In this document: piece by piece, positions 41,062 to 49,256 of the stretch
Layout of the letters: each line of letters begins with the position of its first letter
Numbering within the stretch: the first letter of the stretch is position 1
Notes under the pieces: model-generated
The model's database searches: none
What the model saw: only the letters and a program-made list of their open reading frames with translations
Told to the model about the DNA's origin: nothing
Source: Candidatus Eiseniibacteriota bacterium
GTDB lineage: Bacteria > Eisenbacteria > RBG-16-71-46 > CAVPCR01
Length of the DNA stretch: 64,000 nt
Assembly: GCA_963702435.1 (NCBI GenBank)
Contig: CAVPCR010000004.1
Coordinates: 448,001 to 512,000, forward strand
Reading direction: 5' to 3'
Made by a program: the position numbers and the translations under genes

Positions 41062-43505
41062 TGGCAGGCGATCTGGACCTCTTCGCGCGGCTCCGCCCGG
41101 AGCGGGAAGCAGGCTGGGTCGGCTCCTTCCTCGGCGCGCTCACGGCCCACGCCGACTACCGGGGCGAGCTCGTGCACGTGACGCGGCTGCCGGAGCGCGG
41201 CGCGGTGTCCGCCGATCCCGCGCCCCCGCTCCCGCCGCCGCTCACCGAGCTCCTCGCCCGGCTCGAGATTCCACGCCTCTACCGGCACCAGGTGGAGGCG
41301 ATCGCCCGGGCCCGGGCCGGCGAGGACCATGTCCTCCTGACCGGGACCGCGAGCGGGAAGACGCTCGCCTACAACCTCCCGATCCTCGAGACGCTCAGCG
41401 CCGAGCCCGGCGCCACCGCGCTCTACATCTTCCCGACCAAGGCCCTGGCCCAGGATCAGCTCCTCCACCTGAACCGGATCGCCGCGAGCTCGCCGTACTT
41501 CGGCGCGCGCGTCCGCGCCGGGGTCTACGACGGCGACACCAGCCAGCATGCCCGCAAGAAACTGCGCGAGTCAGCGAATCTCATCCTGACCAACCCTGAC
41601 ATGCTGCATCAGGGCATCCTGCCCTATCACACCCGCTTCAACCGCTTCCTCGGCGCGCTCTCGACCATCGTTCTCGACGAGATCCACGTCTATCGCGGGA
41701 TCTTCGGCTCGCAGGTGGCGAACGTCCTCCGCCGCCTTCTCCGGCTGGCCGCGCACTACGGCGCGTCGCCGCGCGTCGTCGCCTCCTCGGCCACGATCGG
41801 AAACGCGGGAGACCTCGCCGGCCGCCTCCTCGGCCGGCCGGTCGCGACGATCGCGGCCGACGGCTCGCCGCGCGGGCGGCGGACGATCGCCTTCTGGAAT
41901 CCCGCTCCGCTCGATCCGGCCGGCTTCATGCGGCGCTCGGCCAACCTGGACGCGGCGCGCCATCTCGCCGATCTCATCGGCCGCGGTGTCGCGACCATCG
42001 CCTTCACCAAGTCCCGAGTCGCCGCCGAGCTGGTCTATCGCTACGCGCGCGAGATGCTCGCCGCGCGCGGCGGCGGTCTCGCCGACCGGCTGTCCCCGTA
42101 TCGCGCCGGGTACCTCCCCGCGGAAAGGCGCGCGATCGAAGCGCGGCTCTTCGCGGGCGAGCTCCTCGGTGTCGTGTCGACCAACGCGCTCGAGCTGGGC
42201 ATCGACGTCGGCGGGCTCGACGCCGCCATCCTCGTCGGCTTCCCGCCGACCATCGCGAGCGCCTGGCAGCAGATCGGGCGCGCCGGGCGCGGCGTGCGCG
42301 AGAGCCTGGCGCTCGTCGTCGCGCACGAGGATCCGATCGACCAGTACCTCGCCCGCCATCCGCGCGCCTTCTTCGCGCGCTCGCCCGAGTGCGCGGTGAT
42401 CGATCCCGAGAACCCCTACATCCTGGCTGGCCACCTCGGTTGCGCGGCGCACGAGCTGCCGCTCGTCGACGCCGATCTCGCCGCCTTCGGGAGCCTGGCG
42501 GTCCCGGTCGCCGATCTCCTCGTCGAGGAAGGGCGCCTCGCCGCGCTCGATGGTCGGCGCTTCTGGTCGCAGCCCGAATCGCCCGCCCACGGGCTGAACC
42601 TGCGCACGATCTCCGATGACACCTACACGATCCAGGAGGCGGCCGGCGACGCTCACGTGATCGGCACGGTGGACGCGATCAGCGGGCTCGAGCTCGTCTA
42701 TCCCGAGGCGGTCTACCTGCACGACGGTGCGAGCTACATCGTGCGCGAGCTCGATCTCGAGCAGAAGATCGCCCTCGTCGAGCGGCGCGAGGTGGACTAC
42801 TACACGCAGCCGGTGCTCGACACGGCGGTGCGCATCCTCGGCGAGAGCGGGCGGCGCGGGCTGGGGGCGGAGCCGCGCGGTGCCGCGTCGGTTCCCGGCG
42901 CGGCGAGCGCCACGCCGGCCGCCAGCATTGCCGGCGCGCGCGCCCCCGTCGCCGCGCTGGGCGATGTCGAGGTGAGCTGGCAGACCGTGGCCATGAAGAA
43001 GATCCGGTTCCGCACCCGCGACGCCATCGGCTATCACCCGCTCGCCCTGCCGCGGCTCACGCTCACGACGCGCGGCATGTGGCTCTGGGTGGGGGAGGAG
43101 GCGCTCGCGCGCGCAAGCCGCGGCGGTTCTCCGTATCCGGCGCTCGGCGGACTACGAAACCTGCTCGTGACCGTGGTCCCGCTCCATGCGATGTGCGATC
43201 CGAGCGACCTCGGCGGGATCATCGACTCGCGGAACCTCGGGCGGCCGGTGATCGTCCTGTTCGATCGCTACCCGGGCGGGCTCGGTTTCGCCGAACAGGC
43301 GTATCAACGCCACGAGGAAATGCTCGCGGCGGCCGCCGAGCTCGCGAGCGACTGCCCCTGTCCGGACGGCTGTCCGGCCTGCGTCGGACTCCCGATCCTG
43401 CGGCCGGCGCAGCAGCAGGACCCGGACCTCGGCCATGGCCAGCCCATCCCGAGCAAGGGCGCCACGTGCGAGCTCCTGCGCGCGCTCGGCGCGCTGGAGA
43501 GCTGA
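41061..43505 (+). CDS. DEAD/DEAH-box SF2 helicase with C-terminal DUF1998 (MrfA/YprA/SftH-like)
   Basis: TGTASGKT, PTKALAQDQ, TNPDML, DEIH, STNALELGIDVG, GRAGR; D.YPGG.G and CPCPDGCPAC. Confidence 0.93.
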   Translation: MAGDLDLFARLRPEREAGWVGSFLGALTAHADYRGELVHVTRLPERGAVSADPAPPLPPPLTELLARLEIPRLYRHQVEAIARARAGEDHVLLTGTASGKTLAYNLPILETLSAEPGATALYIFPTKALAQDQLLHLNRIAASSPYFGARVRAGVYDGDTSQHARKKLRESANLILTNPDMLHQGILPYHTRFNRFLGALSTIVLDEIHVYRGIFGSQVANVLRRLLRLAAHYGASPRVVASSATIGNAGDLAGRLLGRPVATIAADGSPRGRRTIAFWNPAPLDPAGFMRRSANLDAARHLADLIGRGVATIAFTKSRVAAELVYRYAREMLAARGGGLADRLSPYRAGYLPAERRAIEARLFAGELLGVVSTNALELGIDVGGLDAAILVGFPPTIASAWQQIGRAGRGVRESLALVVAHEDPIDQYLARHPRAFFARSPECAVIDPENPYILAGHLGCAAHELPLVDADLAAFGSLAVPVADLLVEEGRLAALDGRRFWSQPESPAHGLNLRTISDDTYTIQEAAGDAHVIGTVDAISGLELVYPEAVYLHDGASYIVRELDLEQKIALVERREVDYYTQPVLDTAVRILGESGRRGLGAEPRGAASVPGAASATPAASIAGARAPVAALGDVEVSWQTVAMKKIRFRTRDAIGYHPLALPRLTLTTRGMWLWVGEEALARASRGGSPYPALGGLRNLLVTVVPLHAMCDPSDLGGIIDSRNLGRPVIVLFDRYPGGLGFAEQAYQRHEEMLAAAAELASDCPCPDGCPACVGLPILRPAQQQDPDLGHGQPIPSKGATCELLRALGALES

Positions 43506-43507
43506 GC

Positions 43508-44452
43508 GTGGCGGAGGGCCGGCGACCACGACTCGAGGAGCGACTCGGCGCGCTCCTCCGCGAGCGCCGCGCCGCGAGCGCGGCGGCCGGCGGGAGCGTG
43601 GCGGCGGCCGGCGGGAGCGTGGCGGCGGCCGGCGGCGGCGCCGGGCCAGGCGCTCCGGCTCCGCGCCGCGACCGGGCGGAGCTCGCCGGGCTCCTCCCCG
43701 GGACCGAGGTGGAGACCGCATACGGCCCGCTGCACGTGCACGACGTCGTGCACGGGGCCGAGGATCGCGGCTACGCGCGGATCCTCGCCAAGCTGGCCGA
43801 GGCGCACGCGCGGCTCGCCCTCGTCGCTCCCGGCCTCGCCGGCGTCGAATTCGGCGCCATGCAGCAGCATGGGCTCGAGGGGGTATTGCTCCTCGACCTC
43901 GAGACGGCCGGTCTCGCCGGGAATCCGGTCTTCCTCGCCGGGCTCATGACCGTGCACTCGGGCCGTATCCACCTCCGGCAGCTCCTCGCTCGCCACTATC
44001 TCGAGGAGCCTGCGCTCCTCGCCGCGGTGGCGCCGGCGGTGCGCGATCATCCGCTCCTCGTCACGTACAACGGGAAGGCCTTCGACGTGCCGATGCTCGT
44101 CGATCGTGCCTGCCGCCATCGCATCCCCTTCGCTCCACCGCCGGTGCATCTCGATCTCCTGCACCACGCGCGGCGCGCCTATCGGGGTCGGGCGCCGAAC
44201 ATGAAGCTCACGACGCTCGAGTGGCTCGTCTGCGAGCGACGGCGCTTCGGCGACGTGCCGGGGCGGGAGATCCCGGGGCTCTTCCATCGATTCGCGCGGG
44301 ACGGTGATCCGACGGCGATGACCGCTGTCCTCCATCACAATGCACTGGATCTCGTCACCCTGGCGGAGCTCCTCGCCCATCTGGTGCCGTATCCGCCGGG
44401 CCGGCGTTTCGTGCCCGACGAGCCGGAGATCGCCGCCGTCTTCGGCGCGTGA
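43508..44452 (+). CDS. RNase H-like DEDD exonuclease (YprB/MrfB-like)
   Basis: LDLETAGL, TYNGKAFD.P, HLDLLH, L..LE, D.PG.EIP, HN.LDL. Confidence 0.88.
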   Translation: MAEGRRPRLEERLGALLRERRAASAAAGGSVAAAGGSVAAAGGGAGPGAPAPRRDRAELAGLLPGTEVETAYGPLHVHDVVHGAEDRGYARILAKLAEAHARLALVAPGLAGVEFGAMQQHGLEGVLLLDLETAGLAGNPVFLAGLMTVHSGRIHLRQLLARHYLEEPALLAAVAPAVRDHPLLVTYNGKAFDVPMLVDRACRHRIPFAPPPVHLDLLHHARRAYRGRAPNMKLTTLEWLVCERRRFGDVPGREIPGLFHRFARDGDPTAMTAVLHHNALDLVTLAELLAHLVPYPPGRRFVPDEPEIAAVFGA

Positions 44453-44642
44453 TCGGCCCCGGGGGAGCGAGTGCGTGCTCCGGCCAGCGCCCCGCCCCGG
44501 CACGCACCCCGACGGGCATGGGCGACGCGCACACGACCACCTGTCGGTGCGCCGACGTGCCCGGCGCGAGTCGGTGCTCATGCGCCGCCCGCCGCGCACG
44601 CGACGGCGGGGGCCAGGCGCTCCGTCCCGCTCGGTGCTCCGT

Positions 44643-44658
44643 TGGCGCACCCCTTGCA
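44643..44658 (+). promoter_or_regulatory. Candidate sigma-54 promoter
   Basis: TGGCGC-ACCCC-TTGCA with exact GG-N10-GC spacing. Confidence 0.55.
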
Positions 44659-44776
44659 TTCTCGTGCGCCGCGTACGGACACTTGTGGCGGCGGCTCCGG
44701 GATCGGACCCCTTCCGGGGTCGGGGGTCCGGTCTGGAGCCGCCGCCGCTCTTCTTCGCGCCGCGCGCCGCTGCCCC

Positions 44777-44853
44777 GCGCCACGCGCCGCCATGCGACCC
44801 ACCCGCCGCGCCACGCACCGCCATGCGACCCACCAGCGGCGCCACGCGCCGCC
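44777..44853. repeat. 31-bp tandem repeat (~2.5 copies)
   Basis: GCGCCACGCGCCGCCATGCGACCCACCCGCC / GCGCCACGCACCGCCATGCGACCCACCAGCG / partial third copy. Confidence 0.8.
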
Positions 44854-44893
44854 GCATCTCCTCAGCATCCTCGCGCGCGGTCCCCTCTCGCAG

Positions 44894-44923
44894 TTGACCC
44901 GCTCGCCGGCTGCATGCTAGCTT
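44894..44923 (+). promoter_or_regulatory. Sigma-70-type promoter for the wHTH gene
   Basis: TTGACC-18 nt-TAGCTT with extended TG. Confidence 0.5.
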
Positions 44924-45085
44924 CCGTCACCTGTTGTTTCCGTCGAGTCCGCGTGCATCAGGGCGAGAGGGTCGCCCGCGAGTGCGCGGGCGCGCTCTTT
45001 CGCATGTTCCCATTGGACGGCCGGATGGCACCGAGGGCTCGGGACGCCGCGGCCATCTGCCCTGCTGAGGAGGAAGGTGATCGTG

Positions 45086-45301
45086 ATGATCGATCAGATC
45101 GGTCTTGCTGCAGGAGAGGTCTATCAGACCATCGAGAAGGAAGGGGGCATCGCCTCGCTGGCCAAGGTCCGTGAGAAGACCGGTCTCGATACCGAGACCG
45201 CACTGATGGCGCTCGGGTGGCTAGCGCGAGAGGACAAGATCGCCATGGAGCGGCGCGGGCGTAGCCTGCGCATCTCGCTCGTCGCAGTGCGCGCGTTCTA
45301 G
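45086..45301 (+). CDS. Small winged-helix protein (DUF2582-like)
   Basis: IG.AAG.VY and ALGWLAREDKI signature; AGGAGG SD. Confidence 0.85.
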   Translation: MIDQIGLAAGEVYQTIEKEGGIASLAKVREKTGLDTETALMALGWLAREDKIAMERRGRSLRISLVAVRAF

Positions 45302-45347
45302 AGCTCCGTAGCCTCGAGTGCGGTCCAGGCTCTCGCTCAGAAGGAGC

Positions 45348-45376
45348 TTGACCGGACCGTGCGGTCGTGTTAACGT
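45348..45376 (+). promoter_or_regulatory. Sigma-70-type promoter upstream of the cold-shock gene leader
   Basis: TTGACC-17 nt-TAACGT with extended TG. Confidence 0.6.
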
Positions 45377-45616
45377 CAGGCGTGCGGTGGTGAGGATATG
45401 GAGTCCGCACTTGAGGCCGCAGCCGACGGAAGTAAGTTGCAGTTGCAGTTGCAGTTCTTCAATTCCACCATCGATGTCGGGGCCTTTCTCCGCCACGGGG
45501 AAGGCCCCCTTCTGTTTCCCTTCTCGCCGCCGCGGACGTGACCAGGAGTCGCACCGCGGCGACGGCATTGAACGCGGTCCCGCTCCACTCTCTTCCGGTC
45601 ACAGGAGGACCCGCTC

Positions 45617-45820
45617 GTGAGATCCCATGGCAGCGTCAAGTGGTTCAATGAGGCCAAGGGCTACGGCTTCATCAAGATCGAGACCGGCGACGATGTCTTC
45701 GTGCACTACTCGGCTATCCAGTGCGACGGCTTCAAGACCCTGGCCGAAGGCCAGGAGGTCGAGTTCGATCTGGTGGAGGGGCAGAAAGGCAAGCAGGCCG
45801 CCAACGTGATCAAGGTCTGA
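45617..45820 (+). CDS. cspA: Cold-shock protein
   Basis: [36 protein letters not shown]. Confidence 0.95.
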   Translation: MRSHGSVKWFNEAKGYGFIKIETGDDVFVHYSAIQCDGFKTLAEGQEVEFDLVEGQKGKQAANVIKV

Positions 45821-46086
45821 GTTCTCCCCGATCAGACGGTGAACCCGGCCGATGCCGGGGTGCCATCTGCGAGGCCCGGTGGGCACCCCCACCGGGCCTC
45901 GCCGCGTCATGGGCCGGGCCCGCAGGCGCGGGAGGTGCCCATCGCGAGGCGCCGTTCGGGCGCGCGGGGGCGCGCTCTGGCGCGGGTGGTCCGCGGTCGG
46001 GCTCCGGGCGCCGGGACTCCCGGCGTTTCCGCTGGAGCGGCGAAGGAGTACAGTGGTGACCACGGTATCCAACGAGCGAGGTCGCC

Positions 46087-47316
46087 ATGGTGAAGGATGA
46101 ATCCGCAGAAGTGACCGGGGGGCTCGGGCGCGGGCACGGGCGGGCTCTCAAGTCGATCGGCGAACGGGCCGCAGTCGCCGAGGTCGTGAACCGTCTCGGT
46201 GCCGCGCTGGCGCCGCCGACCGGCGCCGCGCCGGGAACCGGAAGCGACGCCCGCGTTGGTCCCGATCTGGCAGCCGTGCTCGTCGGGCCGGGAGATGATG
46301 CGGCGGCCTTGTGCCTTCCGGCCGGAGAGGCCGCAATCGTCACCACGGACTCGCTGGTCGAAGGCGTGCATTTCGAGCGCGCGTGGACGACGCCGGCCGA
46401 TCTCGGGTTCAAGCTCATCCAGAGCGCGGCGAGCGACATCGGAGCGATGGGCGGGCGGCCGCTGGCTGCGGTGGTCGCGGTGTCGGCGCCGCCCGCGCTC
46501 CTCGAGAGCGAGCTCCTCGCCATGACCGGTGGCATGCTCGAGGCCGCCGAACGCCACCGGTTCCTCGTGCTCGGCGGGGATACCACCTCGTCCCCGCATC
46601 TCGTCCTCACCGCCACCGTGCTCGGCGCCGCCGGGCCCGCGGCGATCCGCCGTCGGAGCGGCGCCAAGCCGGGTGACCGGCTCCTCGTCACCGGCGAGCT
46701 CGGCGATGCGGCGGCCGGGCTCAGCATTCTCCGCGCGCTCTCGGCGCTCGAGCCGGCGCCGACACATGCCACGCATGCGTGGCTGCGGACGGCGAGCCCG
46801 CTTGCCGATCTCGAGCGGCGCCTGGCGGCGCGCCATCTCGTGCCGCGCGCGGACAGCCCGGAGGCGCTTGCCTTCACCGGTGCCGTGCGCCGGTTCCTCC
46901 GCCCGGCGCCGCCGATCGAGGCCGGGCCCGTCGCCGCGGCCGCGGGAGCGAGCGCGCTCATCGACATCTCGGACGGCCTGGCCTCGGAGCTCTTCCTGAT
47001 CGCCGAGGCGAGCGGCGTCGGCCTCGTGCTCGAGGAGTCGGCGGTGCCGATCGGGGCGGGGGCGCGCCGCCTCGCGCTCGAGCGCGGCGAGGATCCGCTC
47101 GCGCTCGCGCTTGGCGGCGGCGAGGACTACGAACTCCTGATGACCGCGCCGGCGGACCGCGTGCATGACCTCATCGCGGCGCTCGCCGAGATCGGCGTGC
47201 GCGCAACACTGATCGGCGAGATCGTGCGCCATGAGTTCGGGCGCAATGTGCATGCGCCGGGGCGGCCGCCGCGCCCGCTCGCGCCCGGCGGGTTCGAGCA
47301 CTTCCGCGGAGCGTAG
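46087..47316 (+). CDS. thiL: Thiamine-monophosphate kinase
   Basis: GPGDDAA, TTD.LVEGVHF, SDI.AMGG.P, GGDT, IDISDGL, GGEDYELL. Confidence 0.92.
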   Translation: MVKDESAEVTGGLGRGHGRALKSIGERAAVAEVVNRLGAALAPPTGAAPGTGSDARVGPDLAAVLVGPGDDAAALCLPAGEAAIVTTDSLVEGVHFERAWTTPADLGFKLIQSAASDIGAMGGRPLAAVVAVSAPPALLESELLAMTGGMLEAAERHRFLVLGGDTTSSPHLVLTATVLGAAGPAAIRRRSGAKPGDRLLVTGELGDAAAGLSILRALSALEPAPTHATHAWLRTASPLADLERRLAARHLVPRADSPEALAFTGAVRRFLRPAPPIEAGPVAAAAGASALIDISDGLASELFLIAEASGVGLVLEESAVPIGAGARRLALERGEDPLALALGGGEDYELLMTAPADRVHDLIAALAEIGVRATLIGEIVRHEFGRNVHAPGRPPRPLAPGGFEHFRGA

Positions 47317-47348
47317 ACTCCAGACCGGTCCACGGATCGAACGCGCGA

Positions 47349-47519
47349 TTACTGGGCGCGAACGATGCGCCCCGACACGCGATGGTTCATGTCCTCGAGC
47401 GCCAGGTAGTAGACGCCGCGGGCGACGAGGAGTCCGGACGCATCGCGCCCATCCCAGACGGGCGCGCGCCCCCCAGGTGACGTGCCGGCCGGTACCCCGA
47501 GCTCCCGCACGAAGGGCAC
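47349..47519 (-). pseudogene. Orphan FlgD-Ig-like C-terminal fragment
   Basis: VREL...VWDGRDASG.LVARGVYY matches the second half of the FlgD-Ig domain also seen at the end of the peptidase. Confidence 0.5.
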
Positions 47520-47547
47520 GCGGCGGCCCGCCTGGCAGTGGCGATCC

Positions 47548-48318
47548 TCACTCCTCGCCGCTGTCGCGGCCGAGGAAGCGCTGCGAGAGCTCGCTCCGGA
47601 GGGCCCCCGCATCCAGGCGGCGGATGAGCCGGCTGTCCGACGCGATCGAGATCGCGCCGGTCTCCTCCGACACGACAACGACCACCGCGTCGGTCTCCTC
47701 GGCAAGGCCCAGGGCGGCGCGGTGCCTGGTGCCGATCGCCTGCGAGAGGCGCGGATTCTGGGACAGGGGCAGGATGCAGCCGGCGGCGACGACGCGGTCT
47801 CCGTGGATGATGACCGCGCCGTCATGCAGCGTTGTGTGCGGCGTGAAGATGGTGAGGAGGAGCTCGGCGGTGACCGCCGCATCGAGGCGGGTGCCGGTCT
47901 CGACGTAGTTGCGAAGGCCCATCGTGCGCTCGAGCACGATGAGGCCGCCGATCCGTTCCTCGGACATCGCCTCGACTGCCTTCACGATCTCGCCGAGCAC
48001 GGCGAAGCGCGTGCCGGTGACGAGCGGCGCGAAGAACCGGCTCTGTCCGATCTGGGCGAGACCGCGCCGGAGCTCCGGCTGGAAGAGGACCAGGAACGCC
48101 ACGACCCATACGGTCTTCAGGTTCGAGATCAACCACTTGAGCCCGCCGAGATCCAGCCAGTCGGCGGTGATCGCGAGCAGGATGATGGTGAGGAGGCCGA
48201 CGAACATCTGAACGGCGCGGGTGCCGCGGATGAGGAGGAGCAGGCGGTAGATGAGGATGGAGAGGAGCGCGATGTCGATCGCGACGAAGAGCCAGTGGAG
48301 GCCGAAGACCTGGCTCAT
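47548..48318 (-). CDS. cdaA: Diadenylate cyclase CdaA/DacA
   Basis: Three N-terminal TMs; GTRA.Q, FQPELRRGL, LHDGA, GTRHRAA, VSEETG. Confidence 0.93.
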   Translation of the reverse strand: MSQVFGLHWLFVAIDIALLSILIYRLLLLIRGTRAVQMFVGLLTIILLAITADWLDLGGLKWLISNLKTVWVVAFLVLFQPELRRGLAQIGQSRFFAPLVTGTRFAVLGEIVKAVEAMSEERIGGLIVLERTMGLRNYVETGTRLDAAVTAELLLTIFTPHTTLHDGAVIIHGDRVVAAGCILPLSQNPRLSQAIGTRHRAALGLAEETDAVVVVVSEETGAISIASDSRLIRRLDAGALRSELSQRFLGRDSGEE

Positions 48319-49256
48319 GCGCCCCGCTCCGTGCCGCCCGCCCCGGCAGCGCCGCTCGCGCGCATGGAGCCCGCCGCGCCGATGTCCCCCGCCGCGCGCA
48401 CGGCGCCGGCGATCCTGACCGCACGCACGGTGGCCCGCACGTCGTGGGCGCGGATCACGTGTGCGCCGGCGAGGACCGCGGCGACCGCGGCGGCGAGACT
48501 GCCCTCGAGCCGATCGTCGACCTCGACGTCGAGGAGCTTCCCGATGAACGACTTGCGCGAAGCGCCGATCAGGATCGGTTGCCCCAGCGTCGCGAGCTCG
48601 CCGAGGCGCGCGAGGAGCACGAGGTTCCCCTCGACGCTCTTCCCGAACCCGATGCCCGGATCGATGAGGATCCGCTCGCGGGGGACGCCGGCCGCGGCGG
48701 CGCGCGCGACCGCGCGGGCGAGGTGAGCGCGCACCTCGCCGACGAGGTCCTCGTAGCGCGTGTCGGCCTGCATGGTCTCCGGCGTGCCGCGCATGTGCAT
48801 CACGACGAGGCCGAGACCGTGCGCGGCCGCGACTCGGGCGAGCCCGTCCGACGCGGCGAGCGCCGTCACGTCGTTCAGGCAGTCGGCGCCGAGATCCGCG
48901 GCGGCGGCCGCCACCTCCGGGCGGTAGGTATCGATCGAGAGAGGGAGATCGACGGCGACGCGCACCGCCGCGAGCGCGGGGAGGAGGCGGTGCATCTCCT
49001 CGTCCGCCGAGACCGGGGCAGCGCCGGGCCGCGTGCTCACGGCGCCGAGATCGAGGAGGTCCGCGCCCTCTGAGGCGAGGGCGAGCGCGCGCTCGCGCGC
49101 GGCGGCCGGAGTGGGCACGAGCCCGCCGTCCGAGAACGAGTCGGGCGTCAGGTTCAGGATGCCCATGACCAGCGGGCGGTCGAGATCCAGCTCGCGCCCG
49201 CGGAGGTCGAGCTTCAGGCTAGGTCCCGGTCGACTCCCGGGCGCGGCTCGGCTCAT
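48315..49256 (-). CDS. folP: Dihydropteroate synthase (start uncertain)
   Basis: [46 protein letters not shown]. Confidence 0.95.
   Translation of the reverse strand: MSRAAPGSRPGPSLKLDLRGRELDLDRPLVMGILNLTPDSFSDGGLVPTPAAARERALALASEGADLLDLGAVSTRPGAAPVSADEEMHRLLPALAAVRVAVDLPLSIDTYRPEVAAAAADLGADCLNDVTALAASDGLARVAAAHGLGLVVMHMRGTPETMQADTRYEDLVGEVRAHLARAVARAAAAGVPRERILIDPGIGFGKSVEGNLVLLARLGELATLGQPILIGASRKSFIGKLLDVEVDDRLEGSLAAAVAAVLAGAHVIRAHDVRATVRAVRIAGAVRAAGDIGAAGSMRASGAAGAGGTERGA

Noticed and set aside
41061..43505. DUF1998 helicase as part of a DISARM/Druantia-type defence system
   Set aside because: No methylase, DrmA or PLD neighbours; full-length MrfA architecture next to a YprB-like gene fits repair better
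43579..43640. 21-bp in-frame repeat (AAAGGSV) in the MrfB-like N-terminus
   Set aside because: Ordinary low-complexity linker expansion
44777..44853. 31-bp repeat as a possible CRISPR array (also the 24-bp repeat at 61487-61586)
   Set aside because: Units are contiguous with no unique spacers, and there are no cas genes; the Fe-S nuclease is fused to a UvrD helicase rather than being Cas4
44449..45076. ORFs in the gap after the exonuclease gene and in 29572..30299
   Set aside because: No SD, no motifs, low-complexity translations; better explained by promoters, hairpins and repeats
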